This document shows positions 34,681 to 47,650 of a DNA stretch of 64,000 bases, one piece after another; the first letter of the stretch is position 1, and the number at the start of each line of letters is the position of its first letter. Source of the stretch: Mustelus asterias (taxonomy: Eukaryota). The notes beneath the pieces are model-generated. The model worked only from the letters and a program-made list of their open reading frames with translations, was not told the DNA's origin and did no database searches. The position numbers and the translations under genes were made by a program. Where the stretch lies: contig NW_027590172.1 in assembly GCF_964213995.1 (NCBI RefSeq), forward strand, positions 186,001 to 250,000, written 5' to 3'.

Positions 34681-35844
34681 AAGGCTGGAGGGCCATGAGG
34701 AACCAGGGCTGTTCCTCATGTTTAAATCCCTCAGCAAGAAGACAGTGAAGCTCAGGCTTTGAGGAGTCCACAGTTTTGAGATCATAGAGGATAGTTGAAG
34801 GGTTGTTTAGTGGGAAGCGAATGGAAGGACCTCATAAAAGCTTGGAGAATCGCTGGAACACTGAGGAGGATTAAAGTGAATTCTGGTGAGCTTTGACGTA
34901 CCTTCCATATGTTCACAGGAACAGAAGTGAATGAACCTTCAAGACATTAAGTATCAGGGAAATTTTGGGTAGAAGTTAAAACGTAGAACTGTTTCTAACA
35001 TAAGTCTTTTTAACCGACAGTGTTAAGTTTGTAGTGTTGGTTTTTAATTTTCTTTTGTTTTATATATATATTAAAGTATGTTTTTGTTTAAAGATTCTTA
35101 TGACATTATTCTTTCAGTTAATCACTGGCTATTTGAATTTTTCTTCAAACATTAACGGCCCCAACTAGGATTATAACGATATTCACAGAAAATATTTCAA
35201 AACAAATCAAAGATGAAAAAATATAATATCCCTTACTTTGTATGGCTTCGCCAGCTCTGCTTTCAGACCATTTATTTAGATTCAAAACACTGGTTTTAGA
35301 CCCACATTTCTCCCCTTCAAACAGAATGTGAAATTCTATCCTATTGTAAGATCTGGGTTTGGCTCCAATCTCAATTGTAACAGTCAAGTCAGTTACCCAT
35401 TGGAATAAGTTGTGAAAGGAATCTGCAGCTCCTGACTAGTTACGGACTGTTCCAGGTACAAGAATGTTGTCACAGAATTTATTAATTGTAATAAGTATAA
35501 AATCACAATATTTAAACACAGTGGATCAGTCCACTCACTCTGGAACACCAGCTCTCGGCTTCTGGTTGACTGTGGCTGTCGGCTGTTCTGTTGACCAAAG
35601 TCTATCTTCTTACTTCATGTTGTGTTGTGTTGCGCACCGAGCTCCGGAAAATTGTCACTCATCAACCCTCGCTCACAACTATCTCTATGCGGTATTCGCT
35701 CATTCAGCTTTGTCACTCGTCTCCTGTGGTTCTGATTGGCCTCAGCAGCACATGATCAATCCCTGATTGATAAAATGGTGCATGATTAATGTTTGATTGG
35801 TCCCTGAAGGATATTGGTCATCTTGCTGATGTCACTTCCTATGA

Positions 35845-36166
35845 ACTCATAGAATCCCTACAGTGCAGAAGGAGGCCATTTGGCCCATTGAGTCTGCACT
35901 GACCACAATCCCACCCAGGACCTACCCCCGCAACCCCACGTATTTACCCAACTAATTCCCCTGACACTAAGAGGCAATTTAACACAGCCATTCAATCTAA
36001 CCTGCACATCTTTGGAGTGTGGGAAGAAACCGGAGCACCTGACGAAAACCCACGCAGACACGGGGAGAATGTACAGACTCCACACAGTTGCTCAAGGCCG
36101 GAATTGAACCCGGGTTCCTGGCACTGTGTGGCAGCAGTGCGAACCACTGTGTCACCGTGCTGCCCC
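35845..36166 (-). mobile_element. HE1-like SINE
   Basis: Reverse-complement match to the family. Confidence 0.88.
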
Positions 36167-36714
36167 GGTCACCTTGCTGATATCACTTCCCATTAACTCC
36201 TAACTGAGTTAATCCAGGATCTCAGTCACTTGCAGCAACATCCTTTTCTTCATTGCTTTTCTCTGCTGCTGTAGTAAGTTCAAAGCTTTTCCACTGAGAA
36301 AACAAGGCAGCACAAGGTAATTTGTGTGTCTGCTTCTTTGTAATAAAAGGACGTGTGGTGTCACTTCCTAATGACTGATGTTCTGCAGTTTTTGGAATCT
36401 GAAACAAAAACAGAAAATGCTGGACAATCTCAGCAAGTCTGACAGCATCTGTAAAGAGAGAATAGAGACAACATCTTGAGTCAGGATGACTCTTTGTCAG
36501 AGATGAAGACAAGAAAAATCGGACAAAATTTATCCTGTGAGGGTCAAGAATTGGGAAGCAATCGATTAAACCTCCTCTGAACCACTTTCAATGCATTTGT
36601 ATCATTTCTTAAATAAGAGACAAAGCTGCACCCAGTGTTCAAGATGCAGTTTCAGCAACGCCCTGTATAACTGAAGCAGAACATCTTTACTTCTATGTTC
36701 AATTTCTCTCGTAA

Positions 36715-37858
36715 TAGAACAAAGAACAAAGAGAATTACAGCACAGGAACAGGCCCTTCGGCCCTCCAAGCCTGCACCGACCATGCTGCCCCGACTGAAC
36801 TAAAACCCCCTACCCTTCCGGAGACCATATCCCTCTATTCCCATCCTAATCATGTCCTTGTCAAGACGCCCCTTAAAAGTCACTACCGTATCCGCTTCCA
36901 CTACCTCCCCCGACAACGAGTTCCAGGCACTCACTATTCTCTCTGTAAAAAATGTGCCTTGTACATCTCCTTTAAATCTTCCACCTCGCATCTTAAACCT
37001 ATGCCCCCTGGTAATTGACTATTCCACCCTGGGAAAAAGCTTCTGACTATCCGCTCTTAGGGCGGCACGGTAGCACAGTGGTTAGCACTGCTGCTTCACA
37101 GCTCCAGGGATCTGGGTTCGACTCCCGGTTTGGGTCACTGTCTGTGTGGAGTTTGCACGTTCTCCTCGTGTCTGCGTGGGTTTCCTCCGGGTGCTCCGGT
37201 TTCCTCCCACAGTCCAAAGATGTGCGGGTTAGGTTGATTGGCCATGCTAAAAATTGCCCCTTAGAGTTCTGAGATGCGTAGGTTAGAGGGATTAGTGGGT
37301 AAATATGTAGGGATAAGGGGGTAGGGCCTGGGTGGGATTGTGGTTGGTGCAGACTCGATGGGCCAAATGGCCTCTTTCTGCACTGTAGGGATTCTATGAT
37401 AAGCTCTGTCCATGCCCTCATAATCTTGGAGACTTCTATCAGGTCTCCCCTCAACCTCCGTCGCCAGTGAGAACAAATTAAGTTGCTCCAACCACTCCTC
37501 ATAGCTAATGCCCTCCATACCAGGCAACATCCTGGTAAATCCTTTCTGTATCCTCTCCAAAGCCTCCACATCCTTCTGGTGGTATGGCGACCAGAATTGA
37601 ACACTCTATTCTAACTAAGCTTCTATAAAGCTGAAACATGACTTGCCAATTTTAAAACTCAATACCCCGGCCGATGAAGGCACGCATGCCGTATGCCTTC
37701 TTGACTACCTTCTCCACCTGCATTGCCACTTTCAGTGACCTGTGTAGCTGTAAACCCAGATCCCTTTGCCTATCAATACACAGAAGGGTTCTGCCATTTA
37801 CTGTATATTTCCGATCTGTATTAGACCTTCCAAAATACATTACCTCACATTTGTCCGG
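36715..37858 (-). mobile_element. CR1 LINE 3' fragment with a nested SINE
   Basis: DKCEVMYFGRSN...ALERIQKGFTRMLPG...FFTERIVSAWNSL with a (ctttgtt)n tail. Confidence 0.88.
37060..37399 (+). mobile_element. HE1-like SINE nested in the CR1
   Basis: Full length, with the short repeat gctct near both ends. Confidence 0.92.
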
Positions 37859-38726
37859 AATAATAAAGGATAACATTCCATTTGTCAGAACTTTGATTTA
37901 TTTGAACTAAGATTTATGGGGGTTCTCTTGTTTACAATAACCTCCCCAATCGTAAATCACACCAGGTTCCAGTGACTTAACCATATGGCAAGAAAGAATA
38001 CTTTAAATGGTGAATTCAGAAAGTTTATTAATCATTAAAAATTTAACAAGTCAGAAAGATAAAAAACGGAGTGTCGATTAACAGTGAATAGAGAAAGTTT
38101 AACTTTAACAATTGAACAGACTTCTCTCCATCTCTCTCAGACCAGGACATGAAGTGACCACTCCAAAAACATTGATAACTTGTAAAACCAACAGCTCTCC
38201 ACACCTCTCTGTAAACATCTCTCCCTCCACCTTTCTCGACCAAATTGCCTTCTCAAGACCACTTTTTTATACTTTAAAAATGTTAAAAAGCCCATCTTAG
38301 CCCATTCCCATAAATCTTCAATTATAAACTAAAATAGACACGAGTTTCCGGGCGATTTAAAAACAAATGAACTGTCTGCTGAAAGAGTTAACTTTTCTAC
38401 AGAACCTAAAGGGGTGGGGAGTGAGCAGCAAAAACTTGGCACACAATTACATCACTTTACACAAGTTTAAAACAAAACAAATCATTTTAAATTTCATCCA
38501 TTAATTTTTTTGTTCTATTCCTCAACCTACTTAATTTGATCAGTTTTTGATAGGGATGGTAACTTCTATTCTTTATAAACTGATTCACTCATTCTGTTTA
38601 CTCTACATCAGCTCGAGAATCAGAACCCAGACTTTATCATCCTTATCCTTTTTCTCCCTTTGCCACCACTCCCTCTGTTTTGCGGGGATTCCAATCAGAA
38701 CTAATCATTTTATCATAAAAGTGAAA

Positions 38727-38893
38727 TACTGCGGATACTGGAATCTGAAAGAAAACAGAAAATGCTGGAAAATCTCCGCAGGTCTGACAGTATCTGTGGA
38801 GAGAGAATAGAGCCAATGTTTCGAGTCTGGATGTCCCTTTATAAGAGCTCTTATGAAGTGTCATCCAGACTCGAAAGGTTGGCTCTATTCTCT
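38727..38893. mobile_element. Penelope-like remnant (family B), paralogue of 2700-2850
   Basis: Inverted repeat gagaatagagccaa...ttggctctattctc. Confidence 0.55.
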
Positions 38894-39260
38894 AATCAGT
38901 TTAATCTATAAGTTTCTTGTTCTTAGTTTCCAAATGGCAGGAAGAGACCTGTCCGGTCCCCACTTGACCTCTGATTTTTCGCTGGCCATGCTTGGGTAGG
39001 ACTATAACCATTAGAATCTACTCTCAGAGATCTGCTTTTCAGTCCAGTGCTACTTGGAGTGTACCGTCACTTCACCGACTATCAGGTCACAAGTCCCTCA
39101 CAGTTCTTATCACAAATTTATGATAAAATAATTTAAACATGCCTGAAAACGCTTCTTCACCTCTTAGTCAGCTTCCTACCCCCGTTTGTTCATTAGTCAG
39201 ACCCCTTTTTCACAGATTCCAGGATCTCAGCTGCTGAACACCAGCCGGTCCTGCAATAAT

Positions 39261-39575
39261 CTCATAGAATCTCTACAGTGCAGAAGGAGGCCATTCGGCC
39301 CATCAAGTCTGCACCAACCACAATCCCACCGACCCTATCCCCATGCATTTACCCCAGCTAGTCCCCCTGACACGAAGGGGCAATTTAGCATGGCCAATCC
39401 ACCTAACCTGCACTTCTTTGGAGTGTGGAAGGAAACCGGAGCACCCGGAGGAAACCTACACAGACATGGGGAGAATGTGCAAACTCCACACAGACAGTGG
39501 CCCAAGCTGGGAATTGAACTCGGGTCCCTGGCGCTGTGAGGCAGCAGTGCTAACCACTGTGCCACATGCCGCCCC
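39261..39575 (-). mobile_element. HE1-like SINE, duplicated copy of 3211-3526
   Basis: Same flanks: gcaataatc| and |cagtttaattctaa. Confidence 0.9.
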
Positions 39576-40621
39576 AGTTTAATTCTAAGTCATTCTGAGT
39601 AAATATTCTCACCAGCTCCTCTGTTGGGGCCCTGCTAAGCAGCTTTAATGGTCCGTGATTGCAGAAACTGAGCAGTCACAGGAATGTGGTCAAGATAGTC
39701 CAGTCCCAGAATGCCTCACATTCAATCTGCTGTCCTTCAATTATAACAGAATATGTGTCTGTATGTAGCTGCCTCGGCCGTGGTCAACCCCAACACTGCC
39801 TTCTTGAACTGTTATAATGCCTGAGGTGTAGGTACACCCACAGTGCTGTTAGGGAGGGATTTCCAGCTACACATTCCAGACTTTCACTGGACTGTAGGTG
39901 GATACCAGATTGACATATTCCATTCAACCACTCCCAAGGTGAGTTATTCCAATTCCTTTATTGTCCAGGACAAGATATTCACAATATCTTTAAAACAGGA
40001 ATTAAACATTCCCATTTGGTTTCAGGTCTTAACATATTCTGTTAGTTTGTTCTTTATTGTCGATGTCAGGCTGGGGTTGTTCCTCTTGGAGCAAAGGAGA
40101 TTGAGGGGAGATTTGATAGAGGTGGACAAGATTCTGACAGGTTCAGATAAGGTGGACAAAGAAAAGCTGTTCCCATTAGCTGATGAGACAAGGACGAGGG
40201 GGACACAGATTTAAAGTTTCAGGTCAGAGATGTAGGGAGGGATGTGAGGAAGAATATTTTGATGCAGTGAATGGTAATGACCTGGAACTCGCTGCCGACG
40301 AGGATGGAGGAAGTGGAGACAATAAACAATTACAAAGGAAATTGGATGGGCATCTGGGGGAGTTTCAAACAGAAATGCTGACTAAATATCTCTGAACTTC
40401 CTCACACCCGGTCACTCTGTGATCCTTGTGAAATTTAAAACAAGGTATTCGCAACAAGACTCAAAGAACATCAGCTCACTGGAGGCAAAGTTGTGAGACC
40501 GGCCAGTCCAGCAGAAAGAAACCCTCCGACCCTCCCCATTGACTAACTGTGAGAATGAACAAAATGCAGTCCTGGATGTAATTGAGAGCAGAAACAATAA
40601 CAGCAGAATCCAACCCCTGTG

Positions 40622-41537
40622 AACTTGTTGGTGCCTCAGCAGCTGTGATGAAATTCTGAACCCTTTTTATACACTGAGCAGGTGGACGGTTTCTCCCCAG
40701 TGTAACCTCACTGATGTCTCAGCAGGTGGGATAACTGAGTGAATTCCTTCCCACACTGAGAGCAGGTGAATGGCCTCTCCCCATGTGAAGTCGCTGGTGT
40801 CTCTGCAGGTTGGATGAACGAGCGAAACCCTTCCCACACTGAGAGCAGGTAAACGGCCTCTCCCCGCTGTGAATGCGCTGATGTGTCCGCAGGACGGATG
40901 ACCGAGTGAATTCCTTCCCACACTGAGAGCAGGTGAACGGCCTCTCCCCGCTGTGAATGCGCTGATGTGTCCGCAGGTCGGATGACCGAGCGAATCTCTT
41001 CCCACACTGAGAGCAGGTGAATGGTCTCTCCCCAGTGTGAATTCGCTGGTGTCTCTGCAAAGTGGATGACACGGTGAATCCCTTTCCACACTGAGAGCAG
41101 GTGTACGGCCTCTCCCCAGTATGAACGCGTTGATGTGTCTGCAGGTCGGATAACCGAGTGAATCCCTTTCCACACTGAGAGCAGGTGAATGGCCTCGCCC
41201 CAGTGTGAATTCGCTGGTGTGTCCATAGATTGGATAACTGGTTGAATCCCTTCCCACACTGAGGGCAGGTGAACGGCCTCTCCCCAGTGTGAATTCGCTG
41301 GTGTCTCTGCAAAGTGGATGACACAGTGAATCCCTTTCCACATTGAGAGCAGGTGAACGGTCTCTCTCCAGTGTGAACTCGCTTGTGTGTCTGCAGGTGG
41401 GGGAACCGAATGAATCCCTCCCCACACTCAGAGCAGATGAATGGCCTCTCCCCAGTGTGGTTGCGCCGATGAGCATCCAGCAGAGAGGGGTATCTGTATC
41501 TCTTCCCACAGTCTGCACATTTCCATGGTTTCTCCAT
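40622..41537 (-). pseudogene. ZNF-E: 9 intact fingers, then a 1-bp deletion, a nonsense codon and decayed fingers (truncated gene or pseudogene)
   Basis: MEKPWKC at 41537. ctctccccatgtg lacks one base at ~40783, HQ* occurs at ~40708 and the frameshifted stop is at 40719. Confidence 0.75.
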
Positions 41538-42289
41538 GGTGCAGGTGTCCTTGCCTCTCCCTTGGGTGGCCAATCAGTTGAAGCCTTGTCCACACACAGA
41601 ACACGGGTACAGTCTCTCCCCGCTGTGAATGGTGTGATATTTATTCAGGCTGTGTAACTGGTTAAAGCTCTTCAGTCAGTGCACTGGAACACTCTCACTT
41701 GAATGTGGAAGTGTGTTGGTGCTTTTCCAGTCACACTAATGTTTGAAATCTTTTCAAATCTTCCAGATTCAATGGCCGATGATATTCAGGTCCCAAGGAA
41801 TATGACTCTGCCAGATCTAGACGTGACGTTCGAGATTTCAGCCTGTGATTCCTCTTTCAATATCCTGCAAAACAAGTTGACACAAGTCATCAGTGTCAGT
41901 ACAGGATCGAAATTCAGAACAGACAATTCCAGTTTCTATGGAACATTCTTTCTCTCTCAATCCCCAAAAGCTGTAAATCTCCATCCCACACACTCTCCCT
42001 CCATTCTCACTCTGCTGTATCTAATATTTACCCTCCCAATTCTCCTGAAGGTGCTGATTGAGGCTGATTGACAGATCCATGCTCACTGCTTCCTGTCCTG
42101 GACACAGAGAGCTGAAAATCTCCATGCAGGCTGCCAGACAGATATATGCCCATATAACTGGACTAACAATGTGTGGAATATACAGACTGGATTCACTTCC
42201 TTACCCTTCAGTTGCTGCAAGTCCCCAATTTCCCCAGAATGAGAAAAGAAATGGAAAGGGGGAAACATTGATTTCCTCACAGATGTTGC

Positions 42290-42770
42290 CCAGAGGCGGA
42301 AGTTTCAATCATTGACCAACTTCCGCATTGTGACGGCAAAATGGAACTTAGCCTGAATTAGCCAATAGGAATAAGTCTGTTCCCATGTGACGTCCTGTGG
42401 TTCCAGTGCGCAGACCCGGGCGAACGTCCACGGGAGCCCCGCCCCCACCCATTGTTCCCTTCCCCCTGTACCAGATCCAGCCAAGGTTTCCAGGCAACCG
42501 GCTGGCGGCTCCGGCCAGAGCGAGAAGCCGCTCGGTGATCTCCCCCTCCCCCCTCTCTCCACGGCGGCTGCTGCTCCAAAAAGAGACCCGAGAGCGACCG
42601 CTGGCGGCAGCCGCACTGCGCCTGCTCCGGACAGCTCGGCTCAGCAGCGCTCTCTGCGCCTGCTCCGGACAGCTCGGCTCAGCTGCGCTCTCTGCGCCTG
42701 CTCCGGACAGCTCGGCTCAGCAGCGCTCTCTGCGCCTGCGTGCTGGGCTGCCCGCTGAGGGAGTGGGGGA
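42290..42770. promoter_or_regulatory. CpG island between divergent ZNF-E and ZNF-F, including a 39-bp x3 repeat
   Basis: ETS site CGGAAGT, CCAAT, TGACGT and a GC box. ctgcgcctgctccggacagctcggctcagcagcgctct occurs three times at ~42617-42740. Confidence 0.7.
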
Positions 42771-42852
42771 GGGGACTTTGCAAAATCTCTTCCCATCATT
42801 TTCTTCCAAGTCCCGCAGTTGGATTTGAAACAGAACAGCTTCTGTTTGTAGC

Positions 42853-43680
42853 TTCACACAGACTCAAAACTTCACACACAGACCCAAACTTCACACACAG
42901 ACTCAAACTTCACACACAGACTCAAACTTCACACACAGACTCAAACTTCACACACAGACTCAAACTTCACACACAGACTCAAACTTCACCACAGACTCAA
43001 ACTTCACACACAGACTCAAACTTCACACACAGACTCAAACTTCACCACAGACTCAAACTTCACACACAGACTCAAACTTCACACACAGACTCAAACTTCA
43101 CCACAGACTCAAACTTCACCACAGACTCAAACTTCACACAGACTCAAACTTCACCACAGACTCAAACTTCACACAGACTCAAACTTCACACACAGACTCA
43201 AACTTCACCACAGACTCAAACTTCACACAGACTCAAACTTCACCACAGACTCAAACTTCACCACAGACTCAAACTTCACACACAGACTCAAACTTCACCA
43301 CAGACTCAAACTTCACACACAGTCTCAAACTTCACACACAGACTCAAACTTCACCACAGACTCAAACTTCACACAGACTCAAACTTCACACACAGACTCA
43401 AACTTCACCACAGACTCAAACTTCACACACAGACTCAAACTTCACCACAGACTCAAACTTCACACACAGACTCAAACTTCACCACAGACTCAAACTTCAC
43501 ACACAGACTCAAACTTCACCAGACTCAAACTTTACCACAGACTCAAACTTCACACACAGACTCAAACTTCACCACAGACTCAAACTTCACCACAGACTCA
43601 AACTTCACCACAGACTCAAACTTCACACACAGACTCAAACTTCACACACAGACTCAAACTTCACACACAGACTCCAACTT
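42853..43680. repeat. 18-20-bp minisatellite (cagactcaaacttca(cac/ca/caca)), ~40+ copies
   Basis: Directly visible tandem array with a few length variants. Confidence 0.97.
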
Positions 43681-44043
43681 CATCCTCTGGACAACATCTG
43701 TGAGGAAAACTCTTTCTTTCTCCCCCTGGGAAATACGGAGAGTTGTGGGACTCTGGAACTGGAATTAGAGCTAAATATACTGAGGGGGAAATGTTTGTGA
43801 TTTTGTGGAACCTGTTTTTATTGTCTGAGCTTTTTAAAGTGTAATTTATCTTGTCTATTCAAATACTGTTTCTTCATGCATGATTCAGTGACAATTTTAG
43901 ATTAATTTTTAAAGTAAAAATGTTTAAAAATGAAACATTGTCTTTCAGTTTATTCCATTGGGATTTGTGGGAATGTGTTTATTATAAGGTGACCATGAGG
44001 ATCGTAACAACATTGATATGTCTGGTGTTGTTATATGGTGCAT

Positions 44044-44245
44044 ATGATGTGGAGATGCCAGTGTTGGACTGGGGTGGGCACAGTAAGAAGTCTCACAACA
44101 CCTGGTTAAAATCCAACGGGTTTATTTGGAATTACGAGCTTTCAGAGCGCTGCTCCTTCTCACCTGATGAAGGGGCAGTGCTGTGAAAGCTTGTGATTCC
44201 AAATAAACCTGTTGGACTTTAACGTGGTGTTGTGAGACTTCTTAC
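44044..44245. mobile_element. Penelope-like remnant (family A), palindromic
   Basis: TSD tatatggtgcat(a) and inverted arms around tcacctgatgaagggg...gaaagcttgtga. Confidence 0.7.
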
Positions 44246-44952
44246 TATATGGTGCATAATGGGTATGTTATTTATGGATTTGTATTACAGTTGATGTTGT
44301 TTAATTCCAGAATAGTATTGTAACTACACTGTATATTTTCCAGTCAAAGAGTCATCAGAGCACAAGTTAAATCAATTCAGCAGCTTGAGTCCGTGCCAAG
44401 TCTCTGTCAGGGAATCCACTCAGTGCCATTTTTCCTCGATATCCCTGTTCCCCAGCACGTTTAATTCCTTCAAGTGCCCGACCAATTTTATTTTGAAATC
44501 ACTGGTCGTCTCCACTTCCATCACTCTCATCGTCAGTGAGTTCCAGAACATGATTGCTTGCTCCCCAAGTCAAGTTCTTCCGCACCCATCTGTATCTCTA
44601 ATCATGTAATAAGAGTTCTGAATATTGCTTACATTTTTAGTACACTAAATATGCGAATTTTTTATATGCTCATTTTTTATATGCTTAGACACAAGCCTGT
44701 GTGAAGATTTCAGGAATATGTGTCCTGTACATGAAACAGTCAGCACGGGTCTGTCGATTAGGATGAATCAGCACCCTCAGGACAATGTCTATTTCAGGTC
44801 CAGCAAAGTGAGAATGGAGGGAGAGTGTTTGAGATGGAGATTTACAAATTTTCAAGAATGAGAGGAAAGAATGTTCCACAGAAACTAGAATTGTCTGTTC
44901 TGAGTTTTTATCCTGGACTGACAGCAATGATTTTTGTGAATTTCTTTCACAG

Positions 44953-46230
44953 GCTATTAGAAGGGGAGAATTTACAGACACAAATCTCAACAAACATGAC
45001 GTTAGGATCTGACAGAGTCACCCAATTATTCAGGATCTGAATACCATCGGCATTTGAAACTAGAATGGGAAATGTTTGTCTGTTCCTTCAAACTGTTTAA
45101 ACATCAGTGTGACTGGAAAATCACTGAGACACATTCACTCGAGTGAGAGTATTCCAGTGAACTGACTGTGGAAAGAGCTTTACCAGTTACACAGCCTGGA
45201 AAAGATCGAAGGATTCACAGTGAGGAGAGACCATGTATGTGTGAACTGTGGGGTCAAACCTTCATCTGAACCTGGAGATGTACAAAGACACTCAGACCAT
45301 AGAAATGTAGGGACTGTGGGAAGGGATTCAATTGTCCCTCGAAGCTGGAAACCCTTCGATGCAGCCACACTGTGGAGACACCGTTCACCCGCTCTGAGTT
45401 TGGAAGGGGATTTCGTGATTCATCCACCCTGAGGAATCACCAGCGACTTCACATCAGGGAGAGGCCATTCACCTGCTCTGAGTGTGGGAAGAAATTCAGC
45501 GATTCGTCTGCCCTGCTGACACACCAGCGGGTTCACAATGGGGAGAGACCATTCACCTGTTGTGTGTGTGGAAAGGGATTCACTCAGTCATCTACCCTGC
45601 AGAACCACCAGCGATTTCACACGGGTGAGGGACTGTTCCCCTGCTCAGAGCGTGGGCAGGGATTCACTCACTCATCCCTCCCGCTGACAAACCAACACAT
45701 TCACACTGGGCCGAGGCCATTCATCTGCTCCGAGTGTGGGAAGGGATTCACTCAATTATCTAGTCTGCTGAGACACAAACGATTACACACTGGGGAAAGA
45801 CCATTCATCTGATGTGTGTGGGAAGTGACTCAGTCAATCATCCAGTCTGCTGGAATACTGAGGCTCCTCCCCCAATAAGAAACCTGTTCAATGCTCTGAC
45901 TGTGGGAGCTGCTTTAAAACCTGAGCCTACCTGAGGGTCGACCAGCGCATTCACACTGAGGAGACCCCGTTCAGGCGCTCTCACTGTGCAAAGAGGTTTA
46001 GAACATCATCTGACCTACTGAAACATCAGGGAATTCACACTGGGGAGAGACCCTGATAATTCCCACTCACTTTCAGCGATTTCTCATAAAACCTACCAGA
46101 TTGGAAGCTTCTGCCTGAAATTTTATTTTCCCTTAGTTTCCAAACTGAGACCATTCACCTGCTCAGTGTGTGGGAAAGGATTCACTTGTTCACCCAAGCT
46201 GCTGAGACACCATGGCAGGCACACCCATTC
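44953..46230 (+). pseudogene. ZNF-F: C2H2 pseudogene
   Basis: The family acceptor and leader are present but the MEKP start is lost, with TAG/TGA stops, C/H substitutions and an inserted fragment. The residual ORF is 45372-45812. Confidence 0.85.
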
Positions 46231-46258
46231 GTGACCTTTTGGATGCTCTGACTGTGGC

Positions 46259-46740
46259 TGTTAATTATACCAATAGAGGTTAAGTTTATTCAGATGGAGG
46301 GCACTGATTAGATAGTTATAATGAGCGGGTAAAAAGTGGGACTCACTAATATAACTTGGAGTCAGAGTTGAACCTGTAATGTTTGATTCTGTGAACAAAT
46401 CTATACCAAATAAAGATTGACTCCACCCCAAGGCTGACAGGATTATAACATGGTCACAGAAAATGCTTGTCTAATGGTGAAGGTTGGAAACTAAAAGAAA
46501 GTATATTTCAGACAGAAGCTTCCAATCCCAGCAGCTTTTGTGAGAAATGACTGAAAGGCAGTGGGAATTGTCAGGGTCTGATTACCTGCTGATGCTCTCG
46601 GAGTCTGAACCATACAACCAGTGGAAGCATGAAGTGGCGACGTGGACACGGGTTACATCCCGATCAAGGAGGAAACAAGATCTGGTCTTGGCATTGTCAC
46701 TTCCTAACACAAGAAAAATCAGCAACAAAGCATTTTCTGA
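46259..46740 (+). mobile_element. LTR-retrotransposon 5' fragment (short LTR, PBS-like site, gag start), possibly Copia/GalEa-like
   Basis: tgttaattat...aataaa...attataaca followed by TGGTCACAGA. The ORF SESEPYNQWKHEVATWTRVTS...KQDLVLALSLP resembles a retrotransposon gag N-terminus. Confidence 0.5.
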
Positions 46741-47149
46741 TCAGCCAAACTGCAAGTTGATAACTGCACTGGCACGGATGATTCATGTAAAGAATTCACT
46801 TCAGGTGGTTGGAGGGTAGAATCCCTGTCAATTGGTCTATGGGAGAAATCCCAGATTCCCCTCTGTGCCGGGCGATCGCCCTCCTGCTTTAAAGGGATAC
46901 AATTAGTTCCATTTTCAGTCATCAATTATCTGATTGTTCCATGAAAAGAATTGCTCGAAGCAACAAATTATTGGAGATACCAGAAGAGGGTTTCTTCATG
47001 TGTAACGTTTGTGTTGAAGAAGAAAAAACATCTTTCTCTTCGATTTGTTTTGAAACACTGTTTGTGTGAATTTTTGCGATCCCGGTCAGGATTGTTAACG
47101 TTTGCAGAGAAATTCGAACACCCAGTGATTAACTGAAAGAATTACATCA

Positions 47150-47650
47150 CAAGATTCCACATTTTTAAACAAAAACAAACTTTACTGTATGTTTAAATAA
47201 AATTTAAAAAGACAACACTACAAATTGAATACTACAGTCAATAAAGATTTATGATATAAACCTAGTTCTTTTTTTTTCCTCAACCCAAGAGTTTCTTTAT
47301 ACTTAACAATATCTTGAAGGTTCATTCACTTCTGTTCCTAGGACCATCCCAAAGGTATGTCAAAGCTCTCCACAATTCACTTTAATTCTCCCCAGTACTC
47401 CAGATATTCTCCAAGCTCCAAGAGTTTATGGGAATCCATCCATTATCTTTTCATTAAACAAGCCTCTAATTTTCCTTCTCAAACTGTGGACTCCTCAGTC
47501 CAAACATGGGCTTCACTGCATTCTTGCTGAGGGATTTAAATGTTGGAAACACCCCTGGTTTCTAATGGTCCTCTGGGCTTCTCATTCCACAGCTGGTTCA
47601 CAGCTCCTGGTCCCACAACTGGTGGCTTCCAAGCTAACTGCAGACTGTCC
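47150..47650 (-). repeat. Dispersed repeat, inverted copy of ~34425-35080
   Basis: Shared segments cttgaaggttcattcacttctgttcct and ttcttgctgagggatttaaa, with one minisatellite unit. Confidence 0.7.

Noticed and set aside
42740-43768. 342-aa low-complexity ORF or CRISPR-like array
   Set aside because: Pure minisatellite with no unique spacers and no cas genes, in a vertebrate context.
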